DNA of 64,000 nucleotides from Macrostomum hystrix. Its lineage: Eukaryota; Animalia; Platyhelminthes. A program made the position numbers and the translations under genes. The notes below the pieces were generated by a model, which saw nothing but the letters and a program-made list of their open reading frames with translations, did no database searches and was not told the origin of the DNA. The stretch is from positions 5,146,001 to 5,210,000 of the forward strand of contig CATNEN010000005.1 of assembly GCA_950097015.1 (NCBI GenBank). The letters are read 5' to 3'. Shown piece after piece: positions 51,231-64,000 of the stretch; the stretch's first letter is position 1, and every line of letters begins with the position of its first letter.

Positions 51231-53237
51231 AATTCCCCACCAGTGATGAAAGGTATTTTCAGACCAAATGGCTTTCCACTCAAGTTTTGTTCCAGTTTTT
51301 TATTTTCAATGCAAAATCACTACCTCCTACTGGACAAAATCTATAACTTAACCTGTATAATGTCTAGACCAAAATAGCCACACGGGAAATTTATGTCTTC
51401 AATTTGACTTTGGAAAGTCCCATTTTTGGCACTCACCTAATCATAAATAAACAATTAGCAGTAGCTACTCAAAAGTAGCTAACAACTACATAGATAAAAT
51501 ATAGCTTAATTTTGAATATACATTAACTTATTAATTGCAAACTTATTAAATTACTCTTGATATATAAGCTAGAGAAATATACCCATGCTTAGAAGGATTT
51601 TTTCCGTACTTAAAAAGTGATATCTGAATCAAATAATATATTATCCTAGGCCTACTACCAGTGAAAAAGACAAGTTAACATTAATTCACTTAAAATTAGC
51701 AAAAAGAGGAGAATTTTATGTCATTTGTAGGGCATTTCTATTTGTTTTAACAGAAAAAATCATTCAAATCATCAGTATCAGTATCAGCATAAACTCTACT
51801 TTCTATATTTTTCTATAGATCTATAGGCCTAGCTTTATATATGTTATTGTTATGGTTGTTACTATCTGAGGTGATTGTAATCCTAAATAATGCCAAAATA
51901 GCTAGTTACCTTTTAGTAGTGAAAAAAGTAGCCACAAAAAAATAATTTAGTGATTTTTACTTACCATTACCATGATTTTGTTCAACAAACTGTAGGAGTG
52001 ATGGCTACTTGTTTATTGATTATCATAAAGTCGATCAGCTATTATATGATGACTAAGTACACTCTATGTTATCCTTATAGGGTGTACCAAGTAATTAAAA
52101 TTTAAATGTTTCGGAAAAAAATATTTCGACTGGGATTGGGAACCTTAAGAGTCTGAGCAAATGACTCAGGTTTCACTAGCGACTCGCTATAAACCCACTG
52201 TTTAAAAAATCGTTCGCCACAAATGAAAAACTACTTTTCTACTAGATCTTGATATAACTCTTATTCGCCACTAATTTTTTAAGCAGCGATGTTACTTATA
52301 ACTTAGTCTGGTCGTTCAAAAAACCAACTTCGGCTTATAACGGGTTTATGAGCGGTTTATAAGCCCCTACGATAAGAGATTTATACGAAAGCTTTAACTA
52401 GCAAATGGGCCTAGTTAAAACTCTCGGAACTTACAAGGAATAAGGATAAAACCCAAGCGTACATCTTACGTCTTTACGCCTAATTAAGCTTGCAATCTGT
52501 AGTCTTTTTTGTATTGTACTTTAAATTTCAGTGTGACGATTTTCGAATCGATAATTTTAGAGGTCGTCATAATTAGTTATAACGGATTTAAATACATAAC
52601 AAATATTTAATGTATACTGTAGTGGAGCGTAGATTACTTATCGGTTATCGAGGTCGAGGTTCATGCGTGTCTTGACTCGTTGACACTCATGGGTATTACT
52701 ATGAGTAGAAAAAACAATATTTTCAGAATTAGTTGTCTAATTACAAATTATTTAGGATGGCCAACGGTGCTACGTACGACAAGCCTCGACTATTAGACTA
52801 CGGTTGTGCGATTTTCCTACCATATTTGAATGTGCCGTTTACTGTCCATTTTTATACTGTTTTTATACTTTTATAATTCTCATATTTACACTGTAATTTG
52901 CGATGTTTACATATTATATATTAGTCGATATTCTATTCGTGCTGTTCTTCCTTTCTCTGTATCGCGTCTACTGTACTTTACTGTAATGTTGCTTAAATAC
53001 TTCACAGTCATCGCGAACACTTACTATACGCTGATTCTATACATCTATATAGAATATATCTATATAGAATATATAGATATATTCTATACGCTGATCGGCT
53101 CAGTTTGTATTTAAGTACACTCAACGTGTGATTGGCGACCTTCTGGACCCGTGCGGCTAGCGTGTAAGAAAAACTTGACGTCGAATTAAATTATATTTGA
53201 GTCTTCATGATTTGAAAGCGACTCGGTAACCTAAAAT

Positions 53238-54463
53238 TACTGCTAGGCGAATTCCGGTCAACCGGTACTTTGGAAGTTCCTTTTTTAGGTACCGGACTAT
53301 GGTACCGGAAGTTATACTTTTTAGTAAGTCCGGCACTTCCGGCACTTCCGGCACTTCCGGCACTCACTATATATATTTTTACGCAGAGTAGAAAAAAGAC
53401 AAAAAAAATACAAAATCTATGAATTGCAAATGCAGTGCTTTATATGAGACAATTAATGTATAGCGTTGTCACGAAGCTGGAGGACGTCAAGGGGCAGCCA
53501 CTGGACTATTGTGAAGAGCTGGTGGGATTCCTTCAGGCTGCCATCCGTCGTCGATTTGAATCTGCCTTTTCCAGCACGGAGTGTTTGCTGGCTGCCGCGT
53601 TTCATCTCAGATTCCGCCTGACGAGGCTTCAGAAGTACGTCTTCTCGAAGGTTTCGCTCGTCCGACGTCTGATGGAGGACGCTGTCGAGAAGAAGCTGCA
53701 AAAACAGACCCAGAAGCGGATGTCAGCAGCAGCTCCGGCAACAGCAAAGACAACTTACTCGACGGCGTCAGCCACCCACAGAAGTGCACGAAGGACAGGG
53801 CGTCAAGCTCACGGAGCAGGGCTCGCGAAATAATTCGAGACTGGTTGAATGGCGCGTGGAGGCCTGTAGACGGCATTTCGGAGCGGGCCTTCAATGGTGT
53901 CCCCGAATAAAATGCCCTCTTTGTGCGCTGCAACACTGGTATTCCATCGAGTGCAGCAGTCGAGCTGAATTGCCGTAAAAATTCTCGATGGCAAAAGACG
54001 TGCTTCGTGCGAAGCGAGCACCGCTCGCCGACGCCACGCTGTCGCGCCTCCTGCTGCTGCGGGGGAACAAGTACTTGGTGCCAGACAGCCGCAGGCGAGA
54101 TATTTTATATATTTTATACGATTATTTCTCATTCTCTATCGTATTTCTCAGCTAGTTGTTATTGTAAAAGGAATGATAAATTAGTGCACCAGCTAGCAGA
54201 CTTATTTGCAAGTTTTTGTTATAGCGCTGCAAAAACAATAATTTTTTTTTGTTTGCAGTGAAGAAAAAAATAATTTGTTAGTAGTAAACTTTTTTAAAGC
54301 TCAAAACACGTCAATTTAATGATAGATAAAAGAGCCGGTACCGAAGGACCAGAAGTTACTTTTTCGAAGTACTGGTAACAGAAAAGTGCCGGAAGTTACT
54401 TTCTTCAGTGCCGGAAGTTACTTGACCGAAAGTTACTTTGTAAAAGCAGCTTGCCCAACACTG
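53238..54463 (+). mobile_element. Internally deleted hAT element
   Basis: 8-bp TSD CCTAAAAT (53230-7 / 54464-71); right TIR TTGCCCAACACTG; CCGGCACTT subterminal repeats; ORF pieces LLAAAFHLRFR and NTGIPSSAAVE (dimerisation domain). Confidence 0.85.
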
Positions 54464-54479
54464 CCTAAAATGGTTACAA

Positions 54480-54745
54480 TGGCGAACACGCCACGACGAG
54501 CTTCAAACAATTATCAGTGAGCCCATGTGACGAAGACACAGATAGGGACGACGTGGACTGGGACGACTTTGACTCGACCTGGGATGAGGATGACTAGCCG
54601 CTGTGTCCTATGCAAGCGGAAGGCGGATTGTGGCCGATGTGACGTCTGCCTGCACCAACCTACTCTGAAGTCAGGCTGCCAATTGCGCTGTTGTGCCAAT
54701 CCTCATCTGCAAAGGACCAGCTGTCCTGTCCGCTGTCCTGTAAGT
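54480..54745 (+). pseudogene. Acidic stretch plus CXXC-type zinc-finger relic
   Basis: CVLC-KRKAD-CGRCDVC-LHQPTLKSG-C-QLRC-C has the Cys spacing of short-linker zf-CXXC; an upstream acidic frame (DEDTDRDDVDWDDFD) is out of frame with it. Confidence 0.5.
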
Positions 54746-57700
54746 TAGCGCGCAGGGCGACCTGTGCGGGGCCGTCGCGATCATCGGCGATGCAGTGGGC
54801 TTGAATGGCGGTGAGTGGAGCCAGTGGGGGAGCCAGTGGATGGGAGCCAGTGGCCGGCGTGTGGGTGACTCCATGGGAGGCTGGTCGGTCATTCCACCAG
54901 CGCCATCTGCCGCAGTGTGTTACCGCCGGAGGGGCGTGATGATCGATGGCAGACGCCACCCGGTTTCGCCGATGCTCGACCCCCGGCTGGCTCAGGATTC
55001 GCACAGAGTGAATGCGCACCTTCGGATCCAACTGCTGTCTTCTGCCTTCGGTAAATGCCTCTGGTCTCTGGACTACTATATTCTCTAGGTTCGTGGCTTA
55101 AAGTGCGTTTTTTATAGCGCTTGACTTGGCTCTGGCTTTGGCAGTCCAGAACATTGTTCTTTGGACTTCTGCCTTAGCGCATGCTTTTTTGCTGCATGTG
55201 TTGTGACAAAGCCGGATCGCCTTCTGATCCTGTCTTCCAGTGAGCGAGCACGAGGGTGGCGTCAGCCCGCTGGTCGGACTGACTTCGGAATCCGAGCGTG
55301 GGGTCGCGTCAGGAGACTTGATCAGTCCGTCCCTATGGTGCAGTTCAGTCCCAGCCAGACCCGCAAATGAGTGACAAAAAGACCAAAGTTACTCACTTAA
55401 CAGTTTCTTAGACTGCAACTTTAACTGTGCGGTGGTCGCCGATGGGGGACTCGGTCGGTACTACCTTAAGGTACAATCTTAATTAGTCTCAGATTCGGTT
55501 GGAGGGTTAGGGTTGAGCAAACGGTCGAAGGAGCCCCTCACCGGCGCCACTCAAATATATATTTTAGGCTGGCCGGGCTAAGCCGCGGGTATCGCTACCC
55601 CGGGCCCACCCGGCCACCCACACAACCAGTTTAGAAGATAACAGCGAGAAGGCTGCTGATTGGCCGGCGCGCGAGAGAGGCGGCCCGGACCAATCAGCAG
55701 CTGCGCGAGCATGTTAACACTTGGGGTTTTAAAGGTAGTCGGGAGGGTGGGGCGATAACAGGCTGGGGGGACGCGTTGAGAGGGGTGGGGCAGCTAGCCA
55801 AGCCAGCGAGCCCCGACAGACTGGGGTGAGTGGAGCATAAACAGCCGAGGAGGGAAAGTACAGTGCCCAGTGCGCCAATCAACTGCAAGCCTGAGATCGC
55901 TAAGCAGTGAAAGTACACCACGGCACAACACATGTACTATTCCCCAAAGACAAAGAGCCTTTGACTAGATTCAGGCTCGTGCTCCTCTTGTGACCGGGCC
56001 GCATTTTTCGGCCCTGTTTGCTGTTGTGCCGTTGCTTTAAGTAGCAGTTGTATGTACTGGCTGGCTTACTATTGCTCGGATCAGGCGCGATTTGAAAAGA
56101 CCTTTGTGCGCCTGTGCTACCCTACCTACTTATCAGTAGTGTGTTGTGTTTAGCTGCAGTTCGCAGGCCAGTGTACATGGAATTTGCTTTTTTATTTCTT
56201 TCCTGTGATTGTTTTAATACAATACTAAAATTTATTGATATTCCCCGATCAAAAATACTCAAATATTTTCAGAATTTTTTTGTTTTGATCTCTGCAAATA
56301 CTCTATCGCCTTCTCAACTCGTTAATCTGCTTATCGTTACTTGAATGTTGTAAAAATCAATGAGGACAGATTTTTGGCGGAGGAGAGCATTTTTACGCGA
56401 TTTTCCTGCCACACTTTAATGTGCGCTTTTACTGTAACTTTTTATATTTACACAGTAATTCGCGTTGTTTATTGATATACTGTATTCGCACTGTACTTCC
56501 TTTATTTGTAAGGCGTTTACCGTACTTTATTGTATTCAAATTTGTTTTACTGAATGTTATATAAATACTGCACAGTCATTGCGTACGCTGATTTGAAAAG
56601 CGGCTCGGTAACCCGAAATTGTTACGCTACGACAAGAAAAACACGCAGGCATATCTCAATTTGAATTATATCATTTATTTAATCAACAACGAAACCGCAA
56701 CATCACGCCAAATAAACAAAATTATTAACGACATAAATATTTTGTATTTAATTTGTCCACGAAATAAAAATTCTGGTACATCGTTACAAAAACTATTCTC
56801 ACTCTGCTAGACCTTTATAGGCCTATGGTCTATAGCTAAATAAGTAGACATTAGATAATTATCCTTATACCAGGATTGAATCAAGAATACTTTTTACAAG
56901 TAATTGTGTTGAGCCTAAAAAAGCCTTATACGCTTTGTTTTCATTTGTAGGGCATATCAATGTTACTATACTGGACGCAGTTGCTTTGTATCAAACAATA
57001 AATTTGATACAAGTAACAAATATGCAAGTTAAATTGCTCGCCTTACAAAAAGTCTAAAACTGATTTACAAATTAGAAATATTAAATTCGTGAACTGGATG
57101 AATAAAATCAAGAATAAATTAATGCATTTCGCGGTATGAGGGGTAGTTACCGTTTTTGTTAATTTTTTTATTAAACAATCATTACCTATGCACTTTTCTT
57201 TTGCATTTCATTACATTGCATACATTACCAAATTAGCGATCCCAACATGTAATAACAGAAGTGCAGCAAGCCGCGGCACAATGGATACGATTCAACCAGA
57301 GGAAATCTCAAGAGACCTAGCAAAGCCCAGATTGGCTTTGCAGTTGGCTGAAAAAATGTGAAAATGCAGGGGCACAAAATAAGCATGGAAATATTCATGC
57401 GCCAGTGAACTCGCTAGGAAAATGATAGGAGGAGGAAAATATTCAGTTAGGTTTAGAATAGATGAAAAATATAATTGTATTTTCCGCTATGATTATATTC
57501 ATTTGTCTTATCTAGGAGAAATGCTAATTGATTTAGGCGCCCTCAATCAAGTAAATATTTGATTGAGGTATTTATTTTATCATATTATTTCAAATGTTCT
57601 TAGTAGGACAAATATGGTCGATTCGCACGCTAATTGGTACCCCTAGAAGAATAAGTCAGTTATAAAAGCAGTTAAAGCTTTAGAAAATCCTATTTATCAT

Positions 57701-57814
57701 ACAGGACCATGACTGATGAGCAACTGATGAGCAGTTGCTAGCGTTTATGATTGGCATTTTCGACTGCGCGAATAGAATCATTAATGGCTTCAATTAGAAT
57801 TGAAACTGCTTTCA

Positions 57815-58610
57815 TAACCGTCCTCACCGCCATTCTGCCCCTCTTCACTGCATTCTGCCACCTCCTTAATGCCATTCTGCCACCTCCTCAACGCCATTCT
57901 GCCACCTCCTCAACGCCATTCTGCCACCTCCTCACTGCCATTCTGCCACCTCCTCAACGCCATTCTGCCTCTCCTCAACGCCATTCTGCCTCTCCTCAAC
58001 GCCATTCTGCCACCTCCTCACTGCCATTCTGCCACCCCCTCAATGCCATTCTGCCACCTCCTCAACGCCATTCTGCCACCTCCTCAACGCCATTCTGCCA
58101 CCTCCTCACTGCCATTCTGCCACCTCCTCAATGCCATTCTGCCACCTCCTCAACGCCATTCTGCCACCTCCTCACTGCCATTCTGCCTCTTCTCACCGCC
58201 ATTCTGCCCCTCCTCACTGCCATTCTACCTCTTCTCACCGCCATTCTGCCACCTCCTCACCGCCATTCTGCCACCTCCTCACCGCCATTCTGCCACATCC
58301 TCACCGCCATTCCGTCACCTCCTCACCGCCATTCTGCCACATCCTCACCGCCATTCTGCCCCTCCTCACTGCCATTCTGCCACCTTCTCACCGCCATTCT
58401 ACTCCATTCTCTATGCCCTTCAACTCCAGTCTCTATGCGATTGTACTCTATCCTCCGCCATTCTACTCTATCCTCTGCCATTCTTCTCTATCCTCTGCCA
58501 TTCTACTCTATCCTCTGCTATTCTACTCTATCCTCTGCCATTCTACTCTATCTTCCGCCATTCTACTGTATCTTCCGCCATTCTACTCTCTCTTCCGTCA
58601 TTCTACTCCA
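57815..58610 (+). repeat. CT-rich 21-22-bp minisatellite (GCCATTCTGCCACCTCCTCAAC-type)
   Basis: Direct inspection; degrades into CCATTCTACTCTAT variants. Confidence 0.95.
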
Positions 58611-59109
58611 TCAATCCTACCCCCACCTTTCCAGTGCATCAGTCTCCCTAAGTGTCCATATTACATCAACTTTAGCTAGCAGATTTCACGGAATGAGTAA
58701 GAAGGGCTTTTTGGTAGGTGAATGTGCATCTTATTGAGTCTTTCCTCATTCGCCTAAGCGATCATAAAGCATTAGGACAACGTATTGGAGACGAGGTTCA
58801 GGGAGAGAAGATGTGCAAGCTGATGGTAGAGCATGGCATAAAATATTTTATGATTTGCAGCCAGAAAGATAGAGACAAGGAAAAGCGCACAGCACATTAG
58901 ATTTAAGTAGCAAGCTCGCGGTTGTTGCTTTAGTGATTTGAGCAACAAAATCTAGCTAAAACAAGAGATTGCTGGACCGAAGATTTTAATCAGGTTTTCC
59001 TGCCGAATTTCCCCAATTTGAAATCCGATTTTGAAATTTGGTAAGCTAATGATAAAAACTATTTTTTGTTTTTCGGTTAAATACATGGATTCTTAGTTAA
59101 CAGGTGTAT

Positions 59110-61610
59110 ACGATTTCGCCATTCTGCCACATTCACACCGCCATTCTACCCCCTCAACGCCATTCTACCCCCTCACCGCCATTCTACCCCCTACTCACCC
59201 CATTCTACCCCGTCACCGCCATTTTACCCCCTACTCACCCCATTCTACCCCCTCACCGCCATTCTACCCCCTACTCACCTCATTCTACCCCCTCACCGCC
59301 ATTCTACCCCCTACTCACCCCATTCTACCCCCTCACCGCTATTCTACCCCCTCCTCATCCCATTCTACCCTCTCACCGCCATTCTACCCCCTACTCACCC
59401 CATTCTACCATTCTGCCACCCTATCTCCGCAATTCTGCACCATCCTCACCGCCATTTTGCCACATCGTCACTGCCATTCCGCCCCCTCCTCACTGCCATT
59501 CTGCCTCTCCTCAACGCCATTCTGCCACCTCCTCACTGCCATTCTGCCACATCCTCTCTGCCATTCTGCTACCTCCTCAATGCCATTCTGCCACCTCCTC
59601 AACGCCATTCTGCCTCTCCTCAACGCCATTCTGCCACCTCCTCACTGCCATTCTGCCACATCCTCTCCGCCATTCTGCCACATCCTCTCTGCCATTCTGC
59701 TACCTCCTCAATGCCATTCTGCCACCTCCTCAACGCCATTCTGCCTCTCCTCAACGCCATTCTGCCACATCCTCACTGCCATTCTGCCACATCCTCTCCG
59801 CCATTCTGCCACATCCTCTCTGCCATTCTGCCACATCCTCTCCGCCATTCTGCCACATCCTCTCCGCCATTCTGCCACATCCTCTCTGCCATTCTGCCAC
59901 ATCCTCTCTGCCATTCTGTCACCTCCTCAATGCCATTCTGCCACCTCCTCAACGCCATTCTGCCTCTCCTCAACGCCATTCCGCCCCCTCCTCATCGCCA
60001 TTATGCCACATCCTCTCCGCCATTCTGCCACATCCTCTCCGCCCTTCTGGCACATCCTCTCTGCCATTCTGTCACCTCCTCAATGCCATTCCGCCCCCTC
60101 CTCATCGCCATTATGCCACATCCTCTCCGCCATTCTGCCACATCCTCTCTGCCATTCTGCCACATCCTCTCTGCCATTCTGTCACCTCCTCAATGCCATT
60201 CTGCCACCTCCTCACTGCCATTCTGCCTCTCCTCAACGCCATTCTGCCTCTCCTCAACGCCATTCTGCCACCTCCTCACTGCCATTCTGCCACATCCTCT
60301 CTGCCATTCTGCTACCTCCTCAATGCCATTCTGCCACCTCCTCAACGCCATTCTGCCTCTCCTCAACGCCATTCTGCCACCTCCTCACTGCCATTCTGCC
60401 ACATCCTCTCCGCCATTCTGCCACATCCTCTCTGCCATTCTGCTACCTCCTCAATGCCATTCTGCCACCTCCTCAACGCCATTCTGCCTCTCCTCAACGC
60501 CATTCTGCCACATCCTCACTGCCATTCTGCCACATCCTCTCCGCCATTCTGCCACATCCTCTCTGCCATTCTGCCACATCCTCTCCGCCATTCTGCCACA
60601 TCCTCTCCGCCATTCTGCCACATCCTCTCCGCCATTCTGCCACATCCTCTCCGCCATTCTGCCACATCCTCTCTGCCATTCTGTCACCTCCTCAATGCCA
60701 TTCTGCCACCTCCTCAACGCCATTCTGCCTCTCCTCAACGCCATTCCGCCCCCTCCTCATCGCCATTATGCCACATCCTCTCCGCCATTCTGCCACATCC
60801 TCTCCGCCCTTCTGGCACATCCTCTCTGCCATTCTGTCACCTCCTCAATGCCATTCTGCCACCTCCTCAACGCCATTCTGCCTCTCCTCAACGCCATTCT
60901 GCCACCTCCTCACTGCCATTCTGCCACATCCTCTCCGCCATACTGCCACATCCTCTCTGCCATTCTGCCATATCCTCTCCGCCATTCTGCCACATCCTCT
61001 CCGCCCTTCTGGCACATCCTCTCTGCCATTCTGCCACATCCTCTCCGCCATTCTGCCACATCCTCTCCGCCATTCTGCCACATCCTCTCCGCCATTCTGC
61101 CACATCCTCTCCGCCATTCTGCCACATCCTCTCTGCCATTCTGCCACATCCTCTCTGCCATTCTGCCACATCCTCTCTGCCATTCTGCCACATCCTCTCT
61201 GCCATTCTGCCACATCCTCTCCGCCATTCTGCCACATCCTCTCCGCCATTCTGCCACATCCTCTCCGCCATTCTGCCACATCCTCTCCGCCATTCTGCCA
61301 CATCCTCTCCGCCATTCTGCCACATCCTCTCTGCCATTCTGCCACATCCTCTCTGCCATTCTGCCACATCCTCTCTGCCATTCTGCCACATCCTCTCTGC
61401 CATTCTGCCACATCCTCTCCGCCATTCTGCCACATCCTCTCCGCCATTCTGCCACATCCTCTCCGCCATTCTGCCACATCCTCTCCGCTATTCCTCTCCT
61501 CTATTCTGTCGCATTCTCTCCGCCATTCAGCCATTCCTCACCGCCATTCTGCCCCGTCCTCACCGCCATTCTGCCACCTCCTCATCGCCATTCCGCCACC
61601 TCCTCTCCTC
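59110..61610 (+). repeat. CT-rich 19-22-bp minisatellite (GCCATTCTGCCACATCCTCTC(C/T))
   Basis: Direct inspection; source of the 635-836 aa pseudo-ORFs. Confidence 0.97.
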
Positions 61611-61663
61611 ATAGCTAATAGAGTAAAGCCTAGTTTCCCTGACCTTCCAGTCCAAGCTGCTGG

Positions 61664-61963
61664 ATGTCATCGCTACTGCTTCCATTCTGCTGGCTGCTCG
61701 GCGCCTGCTTGGCGGCTCACTCATCAGCCGCTCCTGCTAAGCGTCATGGCGAGGACTTTCAGAGCCGTCTAGTAGCCGATATCGAGCTGCTGAACAGGAT
61801 GGAGCAGCAGCGAAGGCTTGGCCATCAGGCTGAGAACCCTGTGCCATTCTTCTTCATGCTGAAGCGTCTATCCAAGGTTGAGGAGCAGTTCGATCATCCT
61901 TGGCATCAACTCGGAGGACCTCAACGTGATGCCATCCTTCTTGGAAAGAGCTTCAATCACTAG
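61664..61963 (+). CDS. Candidate secreted neuropeptide/prohormone precursor, 99 aa
   Basis: Hydrophobic signal-like N-terminus ending SSA-AP; dibasic sites KR, RR, KR; upstream splice acceptor CCTTCCAG at ~61650; AATAAA signals at ~62170-62250. Confidence 0.55.
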   Translation: MSSLLLPFCWLLGACLAAHSSAAPAKRHGEDFQSRLVADIELLNRMEQQRRLGHQAENPVPFFFMLKRLSKVEEQFDHPWHQLGGPQRDAILLGKSFNH

Positions 61964-62287
61964 CGGGCTCACCGTTGGCAATGAAAATAGTGAATTGTTT
62001 TTGTCACCTTTTCTTGTGGCTAAATTGTGCGTCATGTTAATATTTGTTGATAAAAAGCTGCTTTGCTTTGCGAATATGGGACTGCTGATCAGAGGAATTC
62101 CAAGTGCGCAATGCACAATAGTTCAAGACTGGACACTTGGCACTCTATGCAGCAAATTTATTTACGCATGCAATAAAAAAGGCATCCACAAATAAAAGTG
62201 CTTCTGTCTGCATCATACTACTGTGCAAGTAGCTCGTTCCGCTGGCAAATAAATCTCTGAACTGAAAGTGAAATTTAGAATCTAGAT

Positions 62288-63089
62288 CAGGGGTCGGCAA
62301 ACTCCGGCCCGCGGGCCAGATGCGGCCCTCGAAGCTCCCAAATCCGGCCCGTTGCCCATTCTGACATCTACAGTGTCCTGTTTCATCTCTTTCGTGTCTA
62401 ATCTCTCCCGTGTCTAATCTCTCCTGTGTCTAATCTCTCCCGTGTCTAATCTCCCGTGTCTAATGTCTCCCCTGTCTTACCTCTCCCGTGTCTCATCTCT
62501 CCCGTGTCTCATCTCTCCCGTGTCTTATCTCTCACGTGTCTCATCTCTCCCGTGTCTCATCTCTCCCGTGTCTCATCTCTCCCGTGTCTCATCTCTCCCG
62601 TGTCTCATCTCTCCCGTGTCTCATCTCTCCCGTGTATCATCTCTCCCGTGTCTCATCTCTCCCGTGTATCATCTCTCCCGTGTCTCATCTCTCCCGTGTA
62701 TCATCTCTCCCGTGTCTCATCTCTCCCGTGTCCCATCTCTCACGTGTCTCATCTCTCCCGTGTCTCATCTCTCCCGTGTCTCATCTCTCCCGTGTCTCAT
62801 CTCTCCCGTGTCTCATCTCTCCCGTGTCTCATCTCTCCCGTGTATCATCTCTCCCGTGTCTCATCTCTCCCGTGTATCATCTCTCCCGTGTCTCATCTCT
62901 CCCGTGTCTCATCTCTCCCGTGTCTCATCTCTCCCGTGTCCCATCTCTCACGTGTCTCATCTCTCCCGTGTCTCATATCTCATATTTATCTCCCCTATCT
63001 CATATTTATACTGTCAATGCGGCCCGCTGTCGTCTTTTAGGTTCTCTCTTTGGCCCGCCAGCAAATAAGTTTGCCTATCTAATCTAATA
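62288..63089 (+). mobile_element. hAT-Charlie-type non-autonomous element with an internal 16-bp minisatellite
   Basis: Left end CAGGGGTCGGCAAACTCCGGCCCGCGGGCC; degenerate right end AAGTTTGCC; 8-bp ATCTAGAT on both sides (62280-7 / 63090-7), matching the NTCTAGAN Charlie target. Confidence 0.75.
62380..62975 (+). repeat. 16-bp minisatellite (CTCATCTCTCCCGTGT)n
   Basis: Period 16 (62541, 62557, 62573...). Confidence 0.97.
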
Positions 63090-64000
63090 ATCTAGATAAT
63101 ATGTTTAGCTATTTTACAAACTAGAAATAGTCGCAAAGTCTAAATAAATTTAATTTTATGAGTATAAACGCGAAATCAGCGACTCTTAATACCAATATCC
63201 GCTATAAGTCATAAATGGCTGATAAATTAGCATATTTTCAACTTTTTTCTAAACGGAATTAATGTAGCAATCGGTCTGTGAGACCACATTTTTCAAGTTA
63301 ATTCCCTTATAAGTAGTCAGCAGCGCGTTTGACGTCAGTCAGCAGAGGCGAGTGACTTCAAAGGCGAGAGGTGTGCACAGCGGTCTTCGAAGACTGGTCG
63401 ACGGCCCTCTTAGCGGGTTTGTCTCTTCATTTTTCTCTCTCTTCACTTTGATGTACTCGCCTAGTTAATTAATAAGCCGAACTTCGGTCGCTATTTAAGC
63501 CTTATTTAGTACTCGTATATTCTAGGTATTTAGATGTAGAAATACATTTTAATCCTCATAACATTGAGCGCGTTCTCAAGTGTGTTTTTGCTAAATGAAA
63601 TTTATCAGACTTCTACAATTAAAAGATGAAGAATTACGCTCGTATTTGTGAAATATTATGAAATGCCCTTCAAAGCTTAAATATTGAAAGATTCTCCCAG
63701 TCAAAAGCTCTAACCACTGCATCGGCTAAGAGGCTGCACAAATAGGAGTAATTAAAAGTTTGAATTGTGCGAAATCTCGTGATAAACGCAAACAGATAGA
63801 GCAATTCTGTGTTCTACAATACGAAACATTTTCTTTCTACATTTCATTTTTTGCTTGCCTTCACCTTTCGATTGTCACTAGGGCTGAGCATATTAGCGCA
63901 TAACAATTCGTATCATAGGCGCATCAGCGACTCGGGGAAGAGTTTAAAACGAAAGCATTTGAGAGCATGTTAATAGAATGGAAAATTCTATTGCCTAGTT

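Noticed and set aside
58718-58900. 60-aa ORF between the minisatellites
   Set aside because: No motif, weak start and no supporting gene structure.
57751-63087. Long 180-836 aa Pro/His/Ser-rich ORFs
   Set aside because: They are translations of CT-rich 16-22-bp minisatellites.

Overview
Eukaryotic (invertebrate-animal-like, standard code, GT-AG introns) repeat-dense window. It is dominated by a 30-kb head-to-tail array of rolling-circle Helitrons on the minus strand (8381-38468). The array holds four non-autonomous units filled with minisatellite (one capped by a distinct 325-bp mini-Helitron) and one 16.3-kb apparently intact autonomous Helitron. The autonomous copy encodes (i) a 9-exon, ~1717-aa RepHel with STPR-like repeats, an OTU protease, a Zn-finger, an HUH Rep domain and a Pif1 helicase, (ii) a 3-exon, 338-aa RPA70-like protein with two OB folds, and (iii) a small divergently oriented zinc-knuckle/polyQ ORF. 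RepHel and the RPA-like gene share a duplicated 3'UTR/polyA module. Left of the array are a tRNA-derived SINE, a decayed hAT transposase and a 5'-truncated RT-RNase H LINE. Right of it is a nested stack: a Chapaev-like ORF interrupted by a Harbinger and by a complete Sola2-type element, each of which carries a ~2.3-kb solo LTR. Further right are a hAT remnant, a CXXC zinc-finger relic, CT-rich minisatellites, a candidate neuropeptide/prohormone gene and a hAT-Charlie-type MITE. All splice models and family calls were made by eye; no database searches were run.
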